This document shows positions 1 to 8,957 of a stretch of 64,000 nucleotides of DNA, piece after piece. The notes beneath the pieces were generated by a model. It did no database searches. It saw only the letters and a list, made by a program, of their open reading frames with translations, and was not told the DNA's origin. The DNA is taken from assembly GCA_050250895.1 (NCBI GenBank), contig JBFWNU010000005.1, positions 256,001 through 320,000 on the forward strand. Reading direction: 5' to 3'. This DNA comes from Vulcanimicrobiota bacterium. Its GTDB lineage: Bacteria; Vulcanimicrobiota; Xenobia; Xenobiales; JADMJV01. The position numbers were made by a program, and so were the translations under genes. The first letter of the stretch is position 1, and each line of letters begins with the position of its first letter.

Positions 1-39
1 CGCCAGAGTTCCTTTTCTCGCCCGCGAAGCGAGCGCTTC

Positions 40-2370
40 CTATCCGGCGATAGGGGCGTCGAGACACTTGTCGGGAATCCCGAAAGCCTCGACCAGAGCC
101 AGCGCATTGGCTCGCACCTTCTTGCACAGAACCAGGTTCTCGCGACGAATGGCTTTGGATTTGGCCGCTTCCAGATAGCCGGCCTCGAGGTACCAGCCGC
201 GGTCGGCTTCGAGGCGCGACAGGGCGAACAGGTCGCAGACATCCTTGAGGGCAGCTTTGAGCGAGTCATCTGCCAGGCCGGCGACTCGGGCGACGAACTG
301 CTCGAGAATGATACGCTCGATGTGGGCATTGGCCAGCTTGAGCAGGTGGTCCTGGCAGTCGTTGAAAGCATGGAAAGAATCCCAGCCAGCGTCGATCTTC
401 TTCTTGAGGCGTCGGGCCACCGACACCAGCAGCGAGTCCTCGCGATAGCGGAACGCGGCTTGCTGGAACTCGGGGTCGCGCAAGTGGGCCGGGTCCGTGT
501 TGCGGGTGGTGATGGGATTTTGTTCGGCGATGGCGATGGCGGCTTTGCCGGTCAGGTATTTGACGATACCGAAGAACTTCATCGACGAGAACTGGTGGCG
601 GAACTCGGTCAGCAGGCCCTTGGCCACCAACTGCATCAGTACCGGGTTGGCTCCTTCGAAGGTGGCGAAAACATCGGTGTCGGCTTTGAGGGCCCCGAAG
701 CGGTTCTCGGAGAGATAGCCCTGGCCGCCGCAGGCCTCGCGGCAGACCTGCAGGGTCTCGATGTTGTTCCAACTGGCCCAGGCTTTGAGGCCGGCCGCCA
801 GGCTCTCGAGGTCGCGGGTGTCGGCGTCGGGGTCTTGCTCGACCATCTTCTCGGCCAGATGAGCCGAGGCGAAGGTCAGGGCGTAGGCGTTGGCCAGCAG
901 CGGCATCAGACTGCGCTGGTGAGCCTGATAGTCGAGTAGCACGGTCTCGGGCTCGCCGGCGGCGCCGAACTGACGCCGTTTGGCGCCGTAGCGAATGGCG
1001 ATGGTGAGGCCCAGACGCGAGACAGCCGTGGCCGCTCCGGCGATGCTGATGCGGCCCATGACCAGCGTGCCGAGCATGGTGAAGAAGCGCTTGGAAGCGC
1101 TGTTGATAGGGCTGGTGTAGTGGCCCTCGGGCGAGACCTGGGCGAATCGGTCGAGCAGGTTCTCGCGGGGAATGCGAATGTGATCAAAGCGAATGCGGCC
1201 GTTGTCGACCCCGTTGAGGCCGATCTTCTCGCCGTCGTCCTCCAGGTAAATCCCCGGCAGCGCGTTATTTTGCAGATCACGAATCGGCACCAGGAAGGCG
1301 TGCACCCCGTAACTGGTATCGTCGATGACGAGCTGGGCGAAGACGGTGGCCATGCGAGCGTGCAAAGCCGCGTTGCCGATATAGTCTTTGCGGGCCGACG
1401 GGGTGGGAGTGTGGATGATGAATTCGCCGCGGGTCTTGTCGTAAGTTGCCGTGGTCTCGATGTCGCGCACGTTCGAGCCGTGGCCGGTCTCGGTCATGGC
1501 GAAGCAGCCCGGCAACTCGAGGCTGATGACCTTAGGCAGGATCTCGCGGTGATGGCGCTCGGTGCCCAGGTTGAAGACGCTGCCGCCAAACAGGCCAACG
1601 TGCACGCCGAATTTGATCATGAGACTGACATCGAAACTGGCCAGTTCCTCGGCGATGGCTAGAAAGCCGCCCAGGTTATCCTCGCCCCCAAACTCGCGCG
1701 GATAGGCGATGCCGCTGATCCCCTCGTGGGCTAGTTCGCGACACCAGCTCAAGACGCGCTCGCGGAAGGCGGCTCGGGGCAGACCGTATTCGTGGCGAAA
1801 GCGGGGGTGGCTGAGAATCGAGCGGATGCGCTTGCGCTCGGCCCGGTATCTGCCTTCGAGCAGCGCCTGCAGGGCTTTGGGGTCAAAAGTCGGCTCGGGC
1901 TCGCGATCGGTGGGCGGAGGAGGGGATTCGATGAGCATCTCGCGCGAAGCCTCGGAACCCACCGCGCCCAGAGCTTCTTGAAGATCGATCAGAGCGCGCT
2001 TGACGCTGGGGCTGGCTGATTCGACTTGCTCGGCCATGGCGTAACCCAGATCGGCGAGGTCCAAACGGGTGGATTCGGGCAATTGAGCGGCCGACTTGCG
2101 GATGGTCGAGAGCAGGATCTGCAACTGGTGGGCCGAGGGGGGCGAGTGAGGATCGAGCCAGACGGCCAGCAGGGCTCGGGTCTCGTCGTCGAGCCCGGTG
2201 TGTTCACGAATGCTCGACTGCAGGCTTTGCAATTCTTGTGAGCCTAGCGTCCCGTTGGCCCAGGCCACGTAGATCATCGGTAGAAAGGGCAGAAGTGTCT
2301 TGCTCTCGGTGCTGCGAACCGGGGTCTGTGTGGTCACTTGATCTCCTCGCATGATCCCCCTATAGGACAT
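40..2370 (-). CDS. Acyl-CoA oxidase / acyl-CoA dehydrogenase family flavoprotein with N-terminal helical extension
   Basis: Motifs GCFAMTETGHGSNV, KIGLNGVDNG, CREACGGQGY and TFEGANPVL are typical of acyl-CoA oxidases; the true start may be a few codons downstream. Confidence 0.9.
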   Translation of the reverse strand: MSYRGIMRGDQVTTQTPVRSTESKTLLPFLPMIYVAWANGTLGSQELQSLQSSIREHTGLDDETRALLAVWLDPHSPPSAHQLQILLSTIRKSAAQLPESTRLDLADLGYAMAEQVESASPSVKRALIDLQEALGAVGSEASREMLIESPPPPTDREPEPTFDPKALQALLEGRYRAERKRIRSILSHPRFRHEYGLPRAAFRERVLSWCRELAHEGISGIAYPREFGGEDNLGGFLAIAEELASFDVSLMIKFGVHVGLFGGSVFNLGTERHHREILPKVISLELPGCFAMTETGHGSNVRDIETTATYDKTRGEFIIHTPTPSARKDYIGNAALHARMATVFAQLVIDDTSYGVHAFLVPIRDLQNNALPGIYLEDDGEKIGLNGVDNGRIRFDHIRIPRENLLDRFAQVSPEGHYTSPINSASKRFFTMLGTLVMGRISIAGAATAVSRLGLTIAIRYGAKRRQFGAAGEPETVLLDYQAHQRSLMPLLANAYALTFASAHLAEKMVEQDPDADTRDLESLAAGLKAWASWNNIETLQVCREACGGQGYLSENRFGALKADTDVFATFEGANPVLMQLVAKGLLTEFRHQFSSMKFFGIVKYLTGKAAIAIAEQNPITTRNTDPAHLRDPEFQQAAFRYREDSLLVSVARRLKKKIDAGWDSFHAFNDCQDHLLKLANAHIERIILEQFVARVAGLADDSLKAALKDVCDLFALSRLEADRGWYLEAGYLEAAKSKAIRRENLVLCKKVRANALALVEAFGIPDKCLDAPIAG

Positions 2371-2404
2371 GATTGTCTATCCGCTCGGAGCGCCCTTCCA
2401 AAGT

Positions 2405-2439
2405 AAAAAAGAATCGGATGTCTCCATCCGATTCTTTTT
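2405..2439. terminator. Bidirectional intrinsic terminator (downstream of 2539..2799)
   Basis: AAAAAA-GAATCGGATG-TCTC-CATCCGATTC-TTTTT: perfect 10-bp stem with A and T tracts on both sides. Confidence 0.85.
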
Positions 2440-2538
2440 CCGGATTGTGGTCTCAGTCCCGGTCCCACCACCGCCCTGCGGGAGATGGGAACCTCTTGGA
2501 CGAGGTAGGACTCGCTGAGGCCCTACCGGCTAGAAACT

Positions 2539-2799
2539 TTACTGACGGATATAGGCGTCGACCTGATTGAACATCTTGTCAGCCGTCTTGGCTTTGTTGA
2601 TGGTGACGTCCTGAGTGATTTCGAAGATCTTGGTCTGCGTGTCCTGCATGATCTTCCAGCGTTGCATCTGCTGTTTCTGAGCGTCAGCCTGGATCTGGGT
2701 CTGAATGGTCATCACCTGCTGCATCGCCTGCTGCTGCATCTGCTGCTGGGAAGCCATCTGGGTCATCATGAATTCGGGGCTAATCGCCATTGTTGTCAT
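2539..2799 (-). CDS. Small Q/M-rich alpha-helical protein (possible filament/needle-like subunit)
   Basis: 86-aa ORF with GAGGGA RBS-like sequence, AT-rich upstream region and its own terminator; helical, no signal peptide. Confidence 0.8.
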   Translation of the reverse strand: MTTMAISPEFMMTQMASQQQMQQQAMQQVMTIQTQIQADAQKQQMQRWKIMQDTQTKIFEITQDVTINKAKTADKMFNQVDAYIRQ

Positions 2800-2834
2800 C
2801 TCCCTCGAAGTGTTTAGGTTTCTTGTTCACCGTT

Positions 2835-2891
2835 GTTATCACGCGGGGTCTTCGAAAGTAAACCGTCGTGTTTGTTAACTGTTTGTTAACT
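2835..2891 (-). promoter_or_regulatory. Perfect 11-bp tandem repeat (GTTTGTTAACT x2, 2870-2891) plus putative -10 GATAAC
   Basis: Repeat read directly; the 11-bp period is typical of OmpR/PhoB-family binding sites; lies between divergent genes. Confidence 0.65.
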
Positions 2892-2941
2892 GGTTCGGTT
2901 GAACAGGGCTTAAGACCTCTCTTGCGCCCAGAGGTTTCACC

Positions 2942-5599
2942 GTGCTAACAGTGAAGCTAAGCCCCATGCTGGATAGCTTCGACCCCAGCGGGCTTGCCTC
3001 CCCCCGAGAGTGCGTCGAGGAACTGCGCGGACTCGGCCTGGAACTGGGCTTTCGGGCGGGTGCTCGCCTGTTCTCGCTGAGCCAACGCGGAGTGCGCTTC
3101 TCGCTTGCTTTTCTCGAGGCTGCGGCCGAAGGAGGGCCAGAGCAGCGACTGCTGATGGACCCGGGCTGGAATGCCCTCGAGCAACCCCAGCAGAGCCAGG
3201 TCGAAGCGTTGGTGGGCGATTGTCAGGCGGTAGTGGTGGCCGCCGGAGGTCTACTCCATGTCTTGACCCCGGACGAGGCTCCCAGCCCGACGGCTTTGGT
3301 TCACGCCTCGTCCGAGTCGCTCTTGAGTTCGGTGGCCGGTGGGGCCGACCCCCACGCCTTTTCGGGCATTCTCTGGGACCGGCGCAAGATGGAGCAGGCC
3401 TCGCTGTGCCTACTCGACGGCGAAGATCCCGATGAGTTGGTCGAGAGTTTTCGCTACCTGTTTCGAGCCCTGGTGACCAGCGGCCAGAGTCCGATGGATT
3501 TGATGGTCACGGCCCTGAAGCGGGGGAAGCAAGAGCTGTCGCTCGAGGTGGCTCGGCAGGTGCAAGAGCATCTCAATCGGGAGCTGGGTCGGGCCCTGCG
3601 AGCGGTGGTCTCGGCCGAGCCAAAGCCAATGCAGTCGGCCCTCAACTATCTGCTGGGCGAAGACGGTCGGGCCTGGGCCGAAGTGCTGGCGGTGGTGCTG
3701 TTGCCGGCCCTGCGTGGAGTGGTTTCGCAACCCGAGGGTCGCGCGGTCGTGTTCGCGGTGCTCGAGCAGACGGTCGAGCGCATCGGTACCGACCCCCGCG
3801 AGGTCGAGTCGTTTCTCGACGCTCTGGTCGACGAGATGCCCCGCCTGAGCCTGACCCAACGACTGGGTTTCGCTCGCTTTTTGGAGAAGCTGCAGAGCGT
3901 CTATCCGGCCGTGACCACCTATCTGCTGACCCAGCTCAAAGTGGCTCGTAGCCCTCAGGATGCCGCCTTCTTTGGGCACGTGCTCTCGCGCATGCAGCTT
4001 TCGGCCGAGGAGAAGGGCGAATGTCTCGAGCGGATGGTCGAGCTGTTTTCGGGTCAGGGCCTCGAGACAGCCCTGGAAGAACGGCTCAAGAACACCTTCG
4101 TCAGCCTGGGGGCGGCCGCGCTGGAACGTCTCTCGGACCCGTTCTTGCTGCGCCGGCTGGGGCCCGCCCGCCGCATGGATGTCATCGCCCTCTGGAATCG
4201 CTTTCGGGCTGAGGGGCTCGAGATGCCGGACCAGAGTGTTTTCGTCGAGTTGGCTCTGACGGCTGTCCGCGACCGGCGCCGCGATACCGTGTTGGCGTTG
4301 GTGCGCTCGGGCCAGATGACTCACCCCGCCCTGGTCAAGGGCCTCCGGGCCGACCCCCATCCCGAGGAGCTGGTGTCGTATTTCACCGGCGAGGCTTTTC
4401 GGTTGGAAGAGCCTGATGACGAGGAAGTCTTTCGTCTGCTGGCGGTGTTTGGCGCGTTGCCCCTCGAGAAACCCTTCGCCAGGCTGCGCCAGGAGGCCGC
4501 CCTCGGCTCGGCGGCCGCGGCCCATCGGTTGCTGTTTTTTGCTCGCCTGGCCAGTCACCTCGAGCTGGACAAAAAGGGGCGAAAGCGCCTGGTGGCGATG
4601 GTGGCCGAGCTGCTCGATTTCAAGATTTACAATCCAGGCAGCCATCCCAACGTCTGGCTCGGATTGGGCTATCTCGGTGCCCTGCGGGGGCTGCCTCCCC
4701 AGCTGGTTCGGCGCAGTCTGGAGTTGGTCTCGGCTGACCTCGAGCAACATCCCGACCAGAAGGTCGAAGCGCTGCTGCGCATCTATCCCCACGCTTCTCA
4801 AGAGCAACGAGTCCACACCGAAGAAGCTCTGCGTTCGATCTTCGCCTCGGAGAGTTCGTTACGAACGGTGCTCAAGGCGTGCTTGTCAGGGCTCGAGCAA
4901 CTTCTCCACCGGGGCGAGTTTTTGGTCGAGCCCGAGAAGCTGGTGGCCGACCTGTGCCGCACGGTGCTCTTCAAAGGACGCGAACAGAACCTTCAGCAGG
5001 TGATGCGGCAGGCGCTTTCCTACGCCACCGAAGGAGACGGCGTGCGTCGACCTACCGTGTGGGACCGGGAAGACCGTGAGCAGGCGCTGCGGATTCTGGG
5101 AGCCATCGTGGTTCATCCCGCCACCGACGAGCGTCTCCACCGCATGGTGCTGGTGCGCCTGTTCTCGTTTCTCCAGGATTGGCTCGACGAGGTCGAGCGG
5201 GGTAAAGACCTTTATGCCTGCCGCGACACGGCCTTGTTCGATCTGCTCGATCCGGCCCTGCGCCAACGGCCCGGAGAGGTGGGCTTTGACTATGCCGGCG
5301 AGGTGGGCTGGAAGCTCATCGAACTGCATCGGCGCGTGCCGCATCAGCTCAACCTCGAGTGGCGCGAGTCGGCCCAACGCTTCCTGTTGACTCTGGTCGA
5401 GCTGGATGTGGGTGCCGAGTTACGCAAGAACGGGGTGCGGGTGGACCTGCCCGATGCTATCCTCAACGCTTTGATGGAACTCGAGCCGGTCGAGGAGCAG
5501 GAGGTTCCGGTCAGTCGCTACCTGCTCTCGACGCTGCATGGTCGGGCTACCCTGCGCAACCCCCTCGAAGAGCGTCTGTGTGAGTATTTGGGGCGCTAA
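2942..5599 (+). CDS. Large alpha-helical (HEAT/ARM-like) hypothetical protein
   Basis: 885-aa ORF rich in Leu/Ala/Glu amphipathic helices; no catalytic motif recognised; start may be ATG 2966. Confidence 0.75.
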   Translation: MLTVKLSPMLDSFDPSGLASPRECVEELRGLGLELGFRAGARLFSLSQRGVRFSLAFLEAAAEGGPEQRLLMDPGWNALEQPQQSQVEALVGDCQAVVVAAGGLLHVLTPDEAPSPTALVHASSESLLSSVAGGADPHAFSGILWDRRKMEQASLCLLDGEDPDELVESFRYLFRALVTSGQSPMDLMVTALKRGKQELSLEVARQVQEHLNRELGRALRAVVSAEPKPMQSALNYLLGEDGRAWAEVLAVVLLPALRGVVSQPEGRAVVFAVLEQTVERIGTDPREVESFLDALVDEMPRLSLTQRLGFARFLEKLQSVYPAVTTYLLTQLKVARSPQDAAFFGHVLSRMQLSAEEKGECLERMVELFSGQGLETALEERLKNTFVSLGAAALERLSDPFLLRRLGPARRMDVIALWNRFRAEGLEMPDQSVFVELALTAVRDRRRDTVLALVRSGQMTHPALVKGLRADPHPEELVSYFTGEAFRLEEPDDEEVFRLLAVFGALPLEKPFARLRQEAALGSAAAAHRLLFFARLASHLELDKKGRKRLVAMVAELLDFKIYNPGSHPNVWLGLGYLGALRGLPPQLVRRSLELVSADLEQHPDQKVEALLRIYPHASQEQRVHTEEALRSIFASESSLRTVLKACLSGLEQLLHRGEFLVEPEKLVADLCRTVLFKGREQNLQQVMRQALSYATEGDGVRRPTVWDREDREQALRILGAIVVHPATDERLHRMVLVRLFSFLQDWLDEVERGKDLYACRDTALFDLLDPALRQRPGEVGFDYAGEVGWKLIELHRRVPHQLNLEWRESAQRFLLTLVELDVGAELRKNGVRVDLPDAILNALMELEPVEEQEVPVSRYLLSTLHGRATLRNPLEERLCEYLGR

Positions 5600-5728
5600 C
5601 CAACACCCTCGAGCGGGCTCGGAGGATGCTGTTGCTCGGCTGGAGCCACCGAATCGCCGGGTTCAAGTTTGATGGCCTGGTCGAGGTCGGCCAGGGCCCC
5701 GGCTGGCGAGATGGCGCTCGAGCCCCAT

Positions 5729-8700
5729 CTAGCCGATGGCCAGGCGTCCGTCGGGTCGCTCTCTTAGCAGCCCGTTGGGTGATTTCTGCAGCTCCATCAT
5801 GCGCTCGCCGATCTGGTCGGGCCCGACCTTTCTCACCAGCGGGCTCTCGGAGATCTTCTTCTCCTGGGCCGAGATGACGCGAACCTCCATCATCTGGTCG
5901 AAGGGCAGCTCTTCTTCCCCCGAGACCTTGCCCCACTTGTCACCATAGGCGTTGCGTTTGGTGGTGCTCAGCAAGGCGGCGAAGGCGGCCAGCTGGTCGA
6001 CCTCAGAGGTCTTGAGCAGGCTGTCGAGCTTGGCCCGGATCTGGTCAAACAGCTTCTCGCGCAAAGGGTGGGTCTGAGACAGCTTGAGGATGACCATGTA
6101 GCGGTCGCCCAGGGGATGGGGACGCATCTGGAAGCCATCCCGCTCCATCCACAGATACTCGCCGGCGCGGAACTCGAGAATATCGAACATGCAGCCCAGT
6201 ACGTAGCATTCGTGGGCCTCTTCCAGAGCTACCCGCTCTTCCTTGGTAAGGATGGCGAGATCGGGAAACTTCTTGTCCTGGCATTCGATGTGAAGACACT
6301 CGCCTTCAGTGTAAAGTTTGAGGTACGAGTCGCGCAGATCCAGTACCCGCGAGACGTAGTTGATAGGAAAGCCACCGGCCTCTTGATAAAAGATGATTTC
6401 GCTGGTGTCCGGGATGGGATAGAAGCGCACGTCGCTCTTGATCTCGCGGGTCACGTACTGGCGGAACTTGTCGACATGCGAGGTGACCTCGGAGGCGTCG
6501 GCAGGGGTCATACCCGGCCCCGGCCCCGGCACGCCCACCATCGGATGAATTTGCTCGTCGGGCAAGCGGAAGGTGCCCAACACCCCGCTGCGGGTGGCCC
6601 AGAAGGCCGACCGCGAGATCATCTGGCGCAGGTGGTTGCCGCGGGTCTGCTCGTCCATAGTGGAAAACAGCACCTTCACCACGTGGAAATCGTTGCGGAT
6701 GGGCTCGAACACCTTGCGCGACTCGCCCAGCAGGGCCCGCGTCCACTCTTCGGTGCGACCGCCGGCGATGTCGCTCGACAACCCCGACACGGTGCGCTCG
6801 AGGCGCCTCAAGACCGAGTCAGAGACCTGCTTGAGTTTGTCGCCCTTGATATAGGCCGGATAGTAGCGCTTCTCGATATCGGTGGCCTCGTACAACACCA
6901 GGCTGTGCGGAGCGGAGTCTTTCTGGCTGAAGTAAGAAAACCCGCGCTTGAGTTCTTCGGCCATGCGATCGAGATCGCGAGTGAGTTGACCCAGCTGGTC
7001 GACCAGCCCGCCGCCCCGCCGGCCGTCGGGCCGCACACTGCCCTGGATGAAATCGATCAGGCGCTGGCACAGGCCTTTTCCCTCGTTATAGGCCCGCTCT
7101 TGCAGCAGGCAACGTAAAGAACCGGGAGCCCGGTTATCGCCCACCTGAGCCGATAGATAACGGTCGGTGAGGTAGTTGAGGATGGTGCCTTTGCGTCCGT
7201 CCCAGTTGGTGCGGGCCTGGTAGCGCCCCACTTCGGAAAGGCTGCGGGTGACCTCGGCGATGCGGCGCCGATACTTCTCTTGAATGTCGGTCGACTTCTT
7301 ATCGAAACTGGCCTGGATGGTCTTGAGCTGGGCGGCCGTCTCGTTGAGTACGGCCTGGGCGTATTCGATGCTGTGGCCTTTGCCGTCGACCAGCTCGAAG
7401 GCCGAGTCGCGCAAAGCCTTGCTGGCCCGGTCAAACAGCGCGTCTTGATTGGCTCGCATGGTACGAGGATAGTGGCCCCACTGCTCGGGCTCAGGACCGA
7501 GCTTTTCAGACCACAGGCGTTTCTCTTCGTCTTCGGACTTCTCGGCCAGAAAATCACGCAGAGGCTGGCGCTTCTGGCTGTGTTCGCCGCGGTTGACGGC
7601 CTGCAAGACACCGGCCTTCCATTGGGTCAACTCGCGCAACAAGCCGGCCGCTTTACCCTTGGCGGGGTCGGCCAGACCGCCGTCGTCGAGCAGGGCAAAC
7701 AGGATATCGTGACGCTTTTCGTCTTCGCTCAGTTTAACCCGGTCGAGAAAGTCCTCGCGCACGAAACGAGGCACATCGGCGGGGTTGAAGCTGCCAGCAG
7801 TGGTGCCGCCCCAGGTCTGTAGGATCTCGGAGGCCAGCTTGTAGGAGCAAGCGGTGATGATGCGGTCGTGGGGCACCACGATGGTCGACATGCCGAGCGA
7901 GCCGTAGCGCTGGATGAAGTGCTGCTTGAAGGTCGGATGCTCGTAGTCGTAGGTCTTGTTCATGTACTGGCGCAGGTTGACCCGAGCGCTGCGCTTGTGG
8001 TCGGCAAACTCGCCGTGGGAGAAATCTTTGAAGATGGCATCAGCCAGCAGTTCGAAGACCAGTTCTTGACTGCCCGGCTGACCGCCGGTGACCTGGCCGG
8101 CCGCGTTTTGATTGTCGAACACGTAGGTGTAGTCAAAGGGCGGAATGGGGATGCGGCTGATCTTGTCACGCTCCCACTCGACCGGAAAAATGTTGGCGCC
8201 GCCATAGCTGAAATAGTTCAGTTCCTTGAGCAGGGCATAGCTGTTGGCGCGCATCTTCTCGTTGGTGACGGCTCCGAAGTGATCGGGAAAGACCAGAAAC
8301 GACGAAGTGGTCAGGTTGCCCTCTTGAAAGACATCCTTGACCAGAAAGGCCATGTCCATCAGCATGCCCGAGCCGGTGCCGCCCGCGATCGAGCAGACGA
8401 TGTAGACATTGGTGGGCTGGTTGAACTCGACCTGGGCCAGCAGACCCAGCTCTTTGAGCAGGGGCGAACTCATCATGCGCTCGGCCGAGAGCGGGTCGCG
8501 AATCTTGCGGTTGGCCTCGACCACGGCTGCTCGAATGTCGCGATAGTGATGGAAGAAAGCCAGGCGACTGTAAGCACGGATCTGGCCGGCGCCTTCGTTC
8601 ATCTGGCCCAGGGCCGATAGCCCCGGATACCACCAGCGGTCGATGTGGGCGTAGTTGGGCTCTTTGAGGTTGTTGGTGATGACGGTGGTGTCGGCCACCG

Positions 8701-8956
8701 TGACCATCAACCGCTCGGTATCGGTCATGCGCACATACTCGCGCACTTCCTTGCCCAGAATGTGCTTCTCGCTGCGGTCGGTATCGAGCCACAGATAGCC
8801 CACAATCGGAAACTCGGCCAGGCTGCCGTACTTCTCGTAAAAGCGTTTGCGCACGCGCAAGACCACATCGCCACCGGTGCCGCCCAACCCGATGATCAGG
8901 GTGGGGCGGATGCGGACAAGATCGGCTCCTGCGCCGGGGGTATTCTGTTCGGCCAT
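5729..8956 (-). CDS. Tubulin/FtsZ-like GTPase (Tubulin_2 / FtsZl1-type) with long helical C-terminus
   Basis: IIGLGGTG, GAGQIRAYSR, tubulin signature SIAGGTGSG and ANSYALLKEL, followed by ~700 aa of coiled-coil/helical sequence. Confidence 0.88.
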   Translation of the reverse strand: MAEQNTPGAGADLVRIRPTLIIGLGGTGGDVVLRVRKRFYEKYGSLAEFPIVGYLWLDTDRSEKHILGKEVREYVRMTDTERLMVTVADTTVITNNLKEPNYAHIDRWWYPGLSALGQMNEGAGQIRAYSRLAFFHHYRDIRAAVVEANRKIRDPLSAERMMSSPLLKELGLLAQVEFNQPTNVYIVCSIAGGTGSGMLMDMAFLVKDVFQEGNLTTSSFLVFPDHFGAVTNEKMRANSYALLKELNYFSYGGANIFPVEWERDKISRIPIPPFDYTYVFDNQNAAGQVTGGQPGSQELVFELLADAIFKDFSHGEFADHKRSARVNLRQYMNKTYDYEHPTFKQHFIQRYGSLGMSTIVVPHDRIITACSYKLASEILQTWGGTTAGSFNPADVPRFVREDFLDRVKLSEDEKRHDILFALLDDGGLADPAKGKAAGLLRELTQWKAGVLQAVNRGEHSQKRQPLRDFLAEKSEDEEKRLWSEKLGPEPEQWGHYPRTMRANQDALFDRASKALRDSAFELVDGKGHSIEYAQAVLNETAAQLKTIQASFDKKSTDIQEKYRRRIAEVTRSLSEVGRYQARTNWDGRKGTILNYLTDRYLSAQVGDNRAPGSLRCLLQERAYNEGKGLCQRLIDFIQGSVRPDGRRGGGLVDQLGQLTRDLDRMAEELKRGFSYFSQKDSAPHSLVLYEATDIEKRYYPAYIKGDKLKQVSDSVLRRLERTVSGLSSDIAGGRTEEWTRALLGESRKVFEPIRNDFHVVKVLFSTMDEQTRGNHLRQMISRSAFWATRSGVLGTFRLPDEQIHPMVGVPGPGPGMTPADASEVTSHVDKFRQYVTREIKSDVRFYPIPDTSEIIFYQEAGGFPINYVSRVLDLRDSYLKLYTEGECLHIECQDKKFPDLAILTKEERVALEEAHECYVLGCMFDILEFRAGEYLWMERDGFQMRPHPLGDRYMVILKLSQTHPLREKLFDQIRAKLDSLLKTSEVDQLAAFAALLSTTKRNAYGDKWGKVSGEEELPFDQMMEVRVISAQEKKISESPLVRKVGPDQIGERMMELQKSPNGLLRERPDGRLAIG

Positions 8957-8957
8957 G

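Noticed and set aside
2449-2540. Hammerhead ribozyme, tRNA or SRP RNA
   Set aside because: No CUGANGA core, no D/T-loop consensus and no SRP domain IV motif
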